A DNA stretch of 45,362 nt, from IMG/VR virus record IMGVR_UViG_3300031566_000087, positions 1 through 45,362 of that record; one strand, 5' to 3'. The stretch comes from a virus (Duplodnaviria > Caudoviricetes). The notes under the pieces are model-generated. The model did no database searches, was not told the origin of the DNA, and saw only the letters and a program-made list of their open reading frames with translations. Shown piece after piece: positions 27,889 through 36,178 of this stretch (its first letter is position 1; each line of letters begins with the position of its first letter). Position numbers and translations under genes: made by a program.

Positions 27889-28650
27889 ATGGCCTTCGAC
27901 TTTCTAGGAACCTTCAACAAGACCCAGTGGGAACGGTATCTCGTTTTCGCTCGGGCACAGATCCCGCTGGTGGAAGCCCGCATCGGGTACTTGCGGGCTG
28001 AACGGGCCCGCATCGGCACCGTGGCGTTCGAGTACCAGGGTGGCGTTCCCGTCTCTTTGACCTCTCCCGGCCAGACAACCTACCTGGGAAAGCTTTTCGC
28101 CGCCTACGAGGTCATGGGAGGCAACCCCTTCCTCGATCTGCGGGCTCGGACACGATCTCAGGCGATCTTCACCATCCGCGGCTCAGAGACTTCGACCCCC
28201 AACATGATGTCGAACGGCGAGGTGATGGGTCAACGGGGCTTGGCGGACGCTCTCAGTTCTGAGCTGTCTCGCAAGTCTCGTGTTTGGTTGGACGGTACCA
28301 TGAAGGCCCGTTTCGACCGGTTGGAGCGGAAAATCCGTCGAGCGCTCGACTACAGCGATGAGCTGGACCTAGAGATCCTGCTGTTGGCGAAAATCAGCTC
28401 CGCGGTGACCACGGATGGCTCGTTGGAGTTCATTGCCGAGCAGATGGCCGGGCTTCTCACGGACCCCAACTACCGAGCCATCTTCGATGACCAGGGCAAA
28501 GATCCGTTCGGGCTCACCTCCTATGCACCTTTCAGCGAGTACGACGTGGAGCCACCCCTCGACCCCAACCTTGGTACTCGTGTGGCCACAGCGCCACAGC
28601 GACAGGACTCTGGGTACGTTGGCCCAGGCGAGACAGGAGGCAAGGCATGA
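27889..28650 (+). CDS. Hypothetical protein in the baseplate cluster
   Basis: 253 aa ORF with an ATGA overlap with the next gene; predicted helical segments. Confidence 0.75.
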   Translation: MAFDFLGTFNKTQWERYLVFARAQIPLVEARIGYLRAERARIGTVAFEYQGGVPVSLTSPGQTTYLGKLFAAYEVMGGNPFLDLRARTRSQAIFTIRGSETSTPNMMSNGEVMGQRGLADALSSELSRKSRVWLDGTMKARFDRLERKIRRALDYSDELDLEILLLAKISSAVTTDGSLEFIAEQMAGLLTDPNYRAIFDDQGKDPFGLTSYAPFSEYDVEPPLDPNLGTRVATAPQRQDSGYVGPGETGGKA

Positions 28651-29804
28651 GCTTCGACCGCAAGATCGACTTCGTCTGCTCACACACGGTTATCGAGGAG
28701 GCTCTGTTCCTCACGTCGGACCGCCAGACCATCCGCCCCATCCGCCCCATCTCGAACGCTGCCTCGATCAAGGTGCGGCTCAACAGCTTGGTGGAGGTGC
28801 CCTCACAGGGTGTCTTCGCTCCGGCGATCGGTATTGCTGGGCGTCGGGGGCCGTTCAACGTTGTCACGGGAACCAACGACAAGCTCGTCGTGAACGTCAA
28901 CAGCGGGCCTGACCAGGTCATCACTGTGACGGGGGGACAACAGCTCTCGACTCGGCAGCTCGCCCAAGACCTCGCAACCAAGCTCTCGGGTGTGGAAGTC
29001 TCTGTGAGTCCGAAGGGTCGGCTCCAATTCAAGACGCGGCTCCAGGGGCCGGCGGCGACGTTGACGATCCGAGCCCTTGGCAGCACGCTGGCCCCGGTCG
29101 TTGGATTCCCTGTCGACCGCCAGTTCCGAGGCCGCCGACTCTTTCATGGGTGGAGCCTCATCCGCGACCTGGTGGCGAGGTCTGATCAAGCGTTCCGCGT
29201 CATCGTGTTCGACCAACCCACGCGAGGGTTCAACGACTACGTTGAGATCGACTACACCACGGTGCGGTCCGAGTGCCGACGATGTGGTGGGCTCGGGGTG
29301 GAGAATGACTGGCGTTACAACGTCAACGGCGATGTCATCGAGGTTCGGAACGAGGCTCTCCTGATCCAGGAGATCCAGAAGATCATGTTTACGGTCCAGG
29401 GGTCGAACATTTTCAACACCTGGTACGGAACCAACATCCTCAACACGGTGGGCAAGAAGCTGTCCGCCTCTGGGATCATCCAGAGCTTCATCGTGTCGGA
29501 TGTCCGGGACGCCTTCCGACGTTGGCAGTCGATCAAGCGCCAGCAAGAGGAGAACGTCGGGCAGATCGTGTCCGATGAGGAGTACCCCTTCCAAATCTTG
29601 GAGCTGCGTCTTGTGCCGGACCCCTCGGATCCGACCATCCTCTTCATCAATGCCACCATTCAAAACCGGTCCTCCCGGCAGATTCAACTCAGTCGTGGCG
29701 TGCGACTCCCGCTGCCCACGGACATCCTTGGATCGTCCTCACAGGACGGGATTATTCGACAGTCTCTTCAGGGTGCGGTTGGAGTCGACACCGTGTTTGG
29801 GTAA
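28647..29804 (+). CDS. gp25/gpW-like baseplate wedge (sheath initiator) with an N-terminal putative Zn site and inserted domain
   Basis: C-terminal gp25-like pattern LLIQEIQKIMFTVQGSNIFNTWYGT...DPTILFINATIQN; CSH and CRRC motifs; directly upstream of baseplate J. Confidence 0.8.
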   Translation: MSFDRKIDFVCSHTVIEEALFLTSDRQTIRPIRPISNAASIKVRLNSLVEVPSQGVFAPAIGIAGRRGPFNVVTGTNDKLVVNVNSGPDQVITVTGGQQLSTRQLAQDLATKLSGVEVSVSPKGRLQFKTRLQGPAATLTIRALGSTLAPVVGFPVDRQFRGRRLFHGWSLIRDLVARSDQAFRVIVFDQPTRGFNDYVEIDYTTVRSECRRCGGLGVENDWRYNVNGDVIEVRNEALLIQEIQKIMFTVQGSNIFNTWYGTNILNTVGKKLSASGIIQSFIVSDVRDAFRRWQSIKRQQEENVGQIVSDEEYPFQILELRLVPDPSDPTILFINATIQNRSSRQIQLSRGVRLPLPTDILGSSSQDGIIRQSLQGAVGVDTVFG

Positions 29805-29810
29805 GGAACT

Positions 29811-32800
29811 ATGGCGACTGCACCGCAAATCAATCTCAGGGATGGGAGTGGCGATACAGCCCAAGAGCTGGTGTTCACCACCAACCTGGAGTTCATCACC
29901 ATCACAGGAACGATCGATGCCAACACGGTCGCTCTTCAGGTGTCGGTCAACGGGTCTGTCTTTGCGACGGACAACACGCTTGTCGCCCTGGATGGCACCA
30001 ACTTCACGTTCCCGAACCCAGCCTCCTTCCCAGACGGCTTCCAGCTCGAACTAGGGCTCAACACCATCGCCTTCCGAGCGGTCGACATCGTAGGTTCTGT
30101 CAGTCCCATCTCCACGGTAAGCATCACACGAGTAGCGGCCATCGAGGCCGGAGAGGGGCTCATTCCGACTGGTGTGAGCGTTCGACGCCGACGGGACGCT
30201 GTTGACATCCTCGTTGCGGCTCCTCTGCTCTCTGACCATAAGGGAACGGACCAAAACCCTACAGACTACGAGTTCCGGGGCTACAACTTCTACGCCTCCT
30301 CGTCTGAGGGTGGTGCGGGCTCGGCGTACTTCAAACTCAATGAGGCCCTCATAACAGAGGCCTCGACGATCTTTGATGAACGCCTGATCGAACTAGACAG
30401 CAGCGAGGTGGTCTTTCCGAACGACGGGAGTGAGGTCCGTATTCGGGTGACCCAGCAAGATGTGTTTGGCCAAGAGACCTCAGCCAACCTCGACCGTCTC
30501 GTGAACGTCGGCTTGACCGGATCGGAACTGAAGTTCACGCAAACGCTGTCCATCCGAGAGCTGAACGAGTTCATCTTCTTCCGGCACAACCGGGGAGGTG
30601 GCACGGGACAGACCAACGCCGACCAGTTCGTTGATGTCGACACAATCGAGCCCCTCTACTACGTCGTGGCAGGTGTGTTCTTCGACTCGTTCACGAACGA
30701 GGAGTTCGAAACACCCTTCAGCCAAGAAGTCCTAGGGCTGCCCATTGTCATCGACACTGCGATCCGTGATTTGCCGGGCAGGTCTCAGCTCCAGATCACT
30801 CTGGGGTTCGTGGCGGCCATCCAGCGAGTCGAGCAAGAAATCACGCTCATCCCTGGGTCCACAACCCGCGACGTCAGCATCGATCCTTTCGCCTCTGAGG
30901 CTGAGCGCCTCTGGTTCATGATCGACTTCGTTCATCGAAGCCAGTCCTTCCTCACGCTCCTTCAGATCGACGATGCTAACCAAGATGGCATCAGTGATGC
31001 TGTTGCCACCAGCGCCTACAAGCAAGCCATCAAGTCAGCTCTTGGACTCGCAACGGACACTGCGGTTCAGACGCTCATCGACTCCCAGTTCGACAAGCTC
31101 GCCGGCAACTTCACACGCACCAGGCTCAACGGTCGACCTGCGGTTGGACAGGTGGTCTTCTACACCACGACACGGCCTACGGCAGATGTAACCATCCCCT
31201 CAGGCACTGTCGTGTCATCGACACCTGACGAGATCAACGGCATCTTCTCGACTCGGTTTGTGGTTGGCGGGACCTTCGTACTCTCAGCCATCAACGCAGA
31301 CGCCTTCTTCAACTTCGCGACCCAACGATACGAGATCGTCGCGGACATCACTGCGGAGAGCGTTGGGTCGAACGGTAACCGACCTGCCGGGTCTATCGTC
31401 AACATCTCTAGCCCTCTAGGCACGTTCCAGGTCACGAACACGGAGGCTACGGTCTTTGGGTCAGACCGTGAGAGCAACACGGACCTGGCGGTGCGTTCCC
31501 AGCTGGCGTTCGTGTCTGTCGACACAGGCACAGAGGGTGGCTACGCGGCTACTGCGGCTGAGCAGATCGGCATCATCAAGAGCAAGATCGTCAAGAGCGG
31601 CGACGAGCTGATGATGCGAGACTGGGACGAAGTCCGCCTCAAGCACATCGGGGGCAAGGTCGACATCTGGGTGCAGGGTCTTCGGGAGCGGACAGTCACC
31701 GAGAGGTTTGCTTTCACCTTCGAGACAGCTCGTGACATCCGGTGCCAGATCATCGACACCGCCAACCTCATCTTCCGAGTGCTCGATACCAGGGTTACTG
31801 TTGACACGCCCCTTGTCGAGATCCTCGACAACTCGGCTCAGGGTTTGGGGGTTCGCAACGGGACGGTGGGCGCCGACTACGACCTCACCGGCGTCCTTAT
31901 TCTCGATTACGAGACCTTCCAACTCAGTACGGCTGTGGCGCAACCCACAACCAACTTCGATGACGTGGTCATCGCCGACTATCGGTTCCGAGCGGTCAAC
32001 CAGCACACCTTCCTGCTCCAGCCCGTGCGGCGAGTCACAGCTCTGACGGGAGAGGTTTCAGGGGCTCTGCCGGTGACTCAGTTCCAACTCTTCAAAACCG
32101 ACGATCCTTTGCTGGAAGGGGAGTCGACCATCGCCAAAGACTATCTGGTCATCGAGCAGGTGGGCGGTGTTCCGAGTGGTGTCACGATTCCGGTCAACGA
32201 CGAACAGCACGTCATGATCGGTTTCTTTGAGGAGCGGCTTCAGAGCATTGGCGTCAACACCGCTACGGTCAGAGTCTTCACTGAGGACCGCGTGACAGAG
32301 TTTGCGGGGCCGGGCTCAGCGACCCCTGACTACGAGATCATCGAGGGCACAGCAACGACCCCAGCGAGAGTTGTTCGTACAGCGACAAGTACCATCCTGA
32401 GTGGGCAAACAGTCTCGATCGACTACGACCATGACGAGAACTTCACCGTCACCTACGTGATCAACGACCTGCTCCAGCAGCTCCAGCAAACGGTCGATCG
32501 TCGGCGACACGTCACAGCGGACGTTTTGGTCAAGCAGGCTGTTCTCAACTCGGTCGAACTAGAGACGACCATCCAGCTCAACCAAGGTGCCACCAAAGAC
32601 ACGGTTGACCCCCTGATTCGGAGCAACGTCTCTGTCGAGCTGAACACCAAGCTCATCGGTCAAGGCTCGGCGCAGTCCGACCTCATCAACGCCATCGATT
32701 CGACCCCGGGCGTCGATTTCCAGGTTCTGCCGCTCGCACGCATGGGCTACGCCGACGGTTCCAGGAAGATGCGTGAGGATGTCCGGTCGAGCGCTGCTCG

Positions 32801-33269
32801 TCTCTCGACCTTGGACATCGGCGGCAGCCAGGTCTTCATCCTGACCAACCCTCTGCGATTCCCCACGATCGAAGGCGGCGGCACGGAGACAGAGCACAAG
32901 GGTGTCTTCCAAGACGACATCGCAATGACGCTGTCGTCGAGCCTCACCAACGTGGGTGAGTTTATCAACCAGGCGTACATCATCGGAGCGGATGGGGCGA
33001 GTGTCGCTGGGTATTCTGACGACGCCACACTCATTGTTGCTGGCTTCACGCTCCCTGATGCCATCGTGGCAGAGCGTGTGAGGCGTACAGCCAACCACGC
33101 GGTCGTCAGCCTCTCTGGGTCGGGGACTCCGCCGGATGCCCCTGAAAACCACGCCTACGCTGTGAGCTACACGGTCTACAACGATCGTGGTCCGCATGAT
33201 CTGGTGGCCTCGTCGGTGGAGTTCCTCGACTTGGGCAACCTCACCCTGACCTTCCGTGAGGGGACGTAA
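29811..33269 (+). CDS. Baseplate J-like wedge protein (P2 gpJ / T4 gp6 equivalent) with N-terminal Ig/FN3-like domains
   Basis: PGSTTRD; FDKLAGNF...R...AVGQVVF...TIPSGTVV; ITAESVGSNGN..AGSI; VTN....FGSDRESNTDLAVR; GT..GY; GGKVDIWV. Confidence 0.9.
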   Translation: MATAPQINLRDGSGDTAQELVFTTNLEFITITGTIDANTVALQVSVNGSVFATDNTLVALDGTNFTFPNPASFPDGFQLELGLNTIAFRAVDIVGSVSPISTVSITRVAAIEAGEGLIPTGVSVRRRRDAVDILVAAPLLSDHKGTDQNPTDYEFRGYNFYASSSEGGAGSAYFKLNEALITEASTIFDERLIELDSSEVVFPNDGSEVRIRVTQQDVFGQETSANLDRLVNVGLTGSELKFTQTLSIRELNEFIFFRHNRGGGTGQTNADQFVDVDTIEPLYYVVAGVFFDSFTNEEFETPFSQEVLGLPIVIDTAIRDLPGRSQLQITLGFVAAIQRVEQEITLIPGSTTRDVSIDPFASEAERLWFMIDFVHRSQSFLTLLQIDDANQDGISDAVATSAYKQAIKSALGLATDTAVQTLIDSQFDKLAGNFTRTRLNGRPAVGQVVFYTTTRPTADVTIPSGTVVSSTPDEINGIFSTRFVVGGTFVLSAINADAFFNFATQRYEIVADITAESVGSNGNRPAGSIVNISSPLGTFQVTNTEATVFGSDRESNTDLAVRSQLAFVSVDTGTEGGYAATAAEQIGIIKSKIVKSGDELMMRDWDEVRLKHIGGKVDIWVQGLRERTVTERFAFTFETARDIRCQIIDTANLIFRVLDTRVTVDTPLVEILDNSAQGLGVRNGTVGADYDLTGVLILDYETFQLSTAVAQPTTNFDDVVIADYRFRAVNQHTFLLQPVRRVTALTGEVSGALPVTQFQLFKTDDPLLEGESTIAKDYLVIEQVGGVPSGVTIPVNDEQHVMIGFFEERLQSIGVNTATVRVFTEDRVTEFAGPGSATPDYEIIEGTATTPARVVRTATSTILSGQTVSIDYDHDENFTVTYVINDLLQQLQQTVDRRRHVTADVLVKQAVLNSVELETTIQLNQGATKDTVDPLIRSNVSVELNTKLIGQGSAQSDLINAIDSTPGVDFQVLPLARMGYADGSRKMREDVRSSAARLSTLDIGGSQVFILTNPLRFPTIEGGGTETEHKGVFQDDIAMTLSSSLTNVGEFINQAYIIGADGASVAGYSDDATLIVAGFTLPDAIVAERVRRTANHAVVSLSGSGTPPDAPENHAYAVSYTVYNDRGPHDLVASSVEFLDLGNLTLTFREGT

Positions 33270-34081
33270 TGCCGAGGTTCACACTCGACCCAGATCGGGT
33301 CAACTTCTCGACCTTTCGACGGGGTAAGGAGTACCAGCTACGGGTCCTTCAGCGAGGCCAGGTGATCTTCACCAACCTGCTGAACTTGCTGCCCTCCAAC
33401 TACGTGAGCGCGATTCAGGGTCCGAACTACACCCTTGAGCTGAAGGCTGTGGCCATCGAGCTGGCCAAGATCGAGCTGGCCTTGGAGGAGATCGACCTCG
33501 ACCGGGACTTCAACCACACCCGGAGCGAGTTCCTCTACAGCATCATCGGCTACCTCGTGTTTCTCAACGGTCGGTTGCCGGCGGGCCTTGGAGACAACGA
33601 TGAGGAGTTTCGGACCTTCCTCCTCAGCCTCATTCGGATTTACTTCCAAGGGTCCATCCCTCAGTCGATCAAGGACGCCACGGACCTATTCCTCACAGGC
33701 GACTTTGAGGTCTTGGAGAACTTCTTGCTGGTTCGAGCGGGGGTCAACGGGCTCGATATCTCAGACCAGTTCGGGTTTCAGGTCAACGTGGACACGGGCG
33801 GGGTCTTCCCGGAAAGCGTCTTTGAGATCCAGTCGAGCCTGAACACCATCATCGACATCATCCGGCCGGCCCACACGCTGTACCGGGTCAGATACATCTT
33901 CACAGACGACTACAACCCCAACGATCCCCAGGGCGAGGTCCTCGATGCCTTCCGCTGGCGGATGTCCAATTACTACTACGACGACCTCCGTTCGTACTGG
34001 AGCGGGATCAAGGATCGAGACCGCCTAGGCAAGAAAGAGAACTGCCAGGTCTCCAACGAGGACCACAGTGCAGACTTCTAG
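33269..34081 (+). CDS. Baseplate wedge protein (P2 gpI / Mu gp48-like)
   Basis: LLNLLPSNY...AIELAKI...DEEFRTFL...YFQGS...IDIIRPAHT; follows baseplate J with a TAATG overlap. Confidence 0.82.
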   Translation: MPRFTLDPDRVNFSTFRRGKEYQLRVLQRGQVIFTNLLNLLPSNYVSAIQGPNYTLELKAVAIELAKIELALEEIDLDRDFNHTRSEFLYSIIGYLVFLNGRLPAGLGDNDEEFRTFLLSLIRIYFQGSIPQSIKDATDLFLTGDFEVLENFLLVRAGVNGLDISDQFGFQVNVDTGGVFPESVFEIQSSLNTIIDIIRPAHTLYRVRYIFTDDYNPNDPQGEVLDAFRWRMSNYYYDDLRSYWSGIKDRDRLGKKENCQVSNEDHSADF

Positions 34082-34123
34082 GCTTTTGATGCCCCGCCCA
34101 GGGCAGGGAGATAACGACCCGCA

Positions 34124-34642
34124 ATGCTAACGCCCAATATTCAAGCCCGAGCCACATGCCGAGTCCGCCACGAGCGGGCCTACGACTACGATGACGACCG
34201 AGGAATCTGGCTCCGCCACCTCGAATCTGAGGAAGAGGTCGGCAACATTCTCACGAATGCTGGGCGGGTGGTCCTTCACACTTTCATCTACGGCACGGCG
34301 GCCCAACGAACATCAGCGAGCCTCGGCCCTGATGGTCTGAGCTACATCGCCCTGACCAACGATGGGACAGCACCGGCAGCTGGCGACACCACCCTGACAG
34401 GCGAACTATCGGGCAACGGGCTCGATCGTGCTCAGGGGTTGGTCGTACTGCCAACGGGTGCAGGAACCATCACGACGGTCAGCAAGCAGTTCACCTACAC
34501 GGGTGGGGGGCAAGACGTTCAGAAGACCGCCCTGTTCGACGCTGCCTCAGTCGGGAACATGGCTCACGAGATCCTCTTCACCCAGCGATCTCTGGCGACG
34601 AACGACACAATCACAATTTCCTTCCAGATTACGCTTACTTGA
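34124..34642 (+). CDS. Stand-alone tail-fibre attachment / tail-collar-like domain protein
   Basis: NILTNAGR...YIAL....TAPAAGDTTLTGEL...ALFDAASVGNM....TNDTITISFQITL pattern, typical of fibre N-terminal baseplate-attachment domains. Confidence 0.7.
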   Translation: MLTPNIQARATCRVRHERAYDYDDDRGIWLRHLESEEEVGNILTNAGRVVLHTFIYGTAAQRTSASLGPDGLSYIALTNDGTAPAAGDTTLTGELSGNGLDRAQGLVVLPTGAGTITTVSKQFTYTGGGQDVQKTALFDAASVGNMAHEILFTQRSLATNDTITISFQITLT

Positions 34643-34653
34643 GGGACTAACTG

Positions 34654-35850
34654 ATGGGCTTCGCAACCATACAGATCACGCAGGGTGCCACTGTCGGTGG
34701 CAGCGGCGAGTCGATCATTGGGTTCGACGCCACCACCCTCATCACGATGACCGACGATGGGGGCGCTGGGGCGACTAGCTACCTCTGGGAGGTCATCTCT
34801 TTCCCAGCACCGGATGCCGCAGCTCCGACCATCGGAACTCCAGCGGCTCAGGTATCCACCATCACGCCGCCGGGTGGTGGGCTCACCGATGGCGTCTACT
34901 TGGTGAGGCTCACTCGTGACGACCCAGGTGATGGCATCTCGACCGACGTGAAGTTCTTTGCGGTCGAAGACGGCGACACGCTGTCGCTCCCTTCACCGGG
35001 GCAGAACCGCAACAACAGTAATGTGGGCGGCGCTGTAGCGGCTCAGGACGCTGGTTGGTTCGGCTCGACGGCTGGAAGCACCAATGTCTTTCTCGATGCT
35101 TTCTTGAGGCTCAGGCGGCTCCGAGAGGGTAAGTATCTTGGCCTCGTTGGTCAGGTCAACCACGTCTCAGGCACTCCGGTTGTCGACAACTTCACTTGGG
35201 GGACCAACGATCCGTTCCAAGAGATCACGGTCAACGGAGCTGGGACATACACGGCGGACCTCGATGTGGCCGATGCTCAGGAGGGGTCGACCTTCCGTTT
35301 TCAGATCGAGTACTTCGCTGGAGCGGGCAACTTTTTGATCATCGATGGCGGTGGTCCAGCCCTATTGTCGCTGACGGCCCCTCCGGCTGGATCGCTCGTC
35401 TACGAGGCGGACGCCTATTTTGATGGGACTGACTGGAAGCTCCGGGGGGTTCGCGTCCAGGACGAGGCTTTCACCCGAAATGTCCAGAATCAGAAGGAGT
35501 TTTTGGCTGTTTCGGGTGTGCAAAGCTCATCGGAGGACACCTTCCAGCGAGCCGGGACGGTGCGACTCGACCCGTCGTTGCTGCCTTCGAGCCAGCAAAT
35601 CACCTTCGTGGCGAGCTTCGACACAACGGATGCAGGGAACGCGGCAGAGGTGCAGCTCTACAACGTCACCGACGCGACGGTAGTGGGATCAGCCTTCACG
35701 ACCACTTCAACGGTCAATCAGACGCAGAGTGCAGTTGTGACGCTCCCGGCCAGTCTCAAGGATTACGAGATCCAGGTGCGGCTCACGTCAGCTGATCCCG
35801 CTGAGCGGGCAACAGTGACACGAGCCGCGATTTTGGCCACGTGGGGATAG
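34654..35850 (+). CDS. Putative fibre / virion decoration protein (PKD/Ig-like N-terminus, beta-sandwich C-terminus)
   Basis: SYLWEVISFP...GVYLVRLT Ig/PKD pattern; YFDGTDW; C-terminal VQLYNVTD...YEIQVRL. Confidence 0.65.
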   Translation: MGFATIQITQGATVGGSGESIIGFDATTLITMTDDGGAGATSYLWEVISFPAPDAAAPTIGTPAAQVSTITPPGGGLTDGVYLVRLTRDDPGDGISTDVKFFAVEDGDTLSLPSPGQNRNNSNVGGAVAAQDAGWFGSTAGSTNVFLDAFLRLRRLREGKYLGLVGQVNHVSGTPVVDNFTWGTNDPFQEITVNGAGTYTADLDVADAQEGSTFRFQIEYFAGAGNFLIIDGGGPALLSLTAPPAGSLVYEADAYFDGTDWKLRGVRVQDEAFTRNVQNQKEFLAVSGVQSSSEDTFQRAGTVRLDPSLLPSSQQITFVASFDTTDAGNAAEVQLYNVTDATVVGSAFTTTSTVNQTQSAVVTLPASLKDYEIQVRLTSADPAERATVTRAAILATWG

Positions 35851-35915
35851 CGCGATTCCTTTTCTACGCGGTCTGAGCTGAGCCCACCCTTGGGCTTCAA
35901 AGGATGTAGACGAAG

Positions 35916-36167
35916 ATGGCATGGGAACAGATCGGCACGTACGAGAGCATCCCCTTCTGGGCTGACGACTCACTGGGGGTCACCGACCAGGATGTTCAGG
36001 ACCAGTACCTGCACGGCATCCAGCACGGGATCATCCTGCTGACCGAGTACGGGCTGACTGCCGACCAAGCCTTCCTGAAAGCCGGTCAGGTCTTCGTCGT
36101 CCCAACCGATGTCAAGGATGACCCACGGTGGAACGACTCCATGTACTGGACAGACAACAGCCCCTGA
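35916..36167 (+). CDS. Hypothetical 83 aa acidic protein
   Basis: Fills the gap between fibre genes; host-like codon usage; D/W-rich. Confidence 0.7.
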   Translation: MAWEQIGTYESIPFWADDSLGVTDQDVQDQYLHGIQHGIILLTEYGLTADQAFLKAGQVFVVPTDVKDDPRWNDSMYWTDNSP

Positions 36168-36178
36168 AGGACTAGCAG

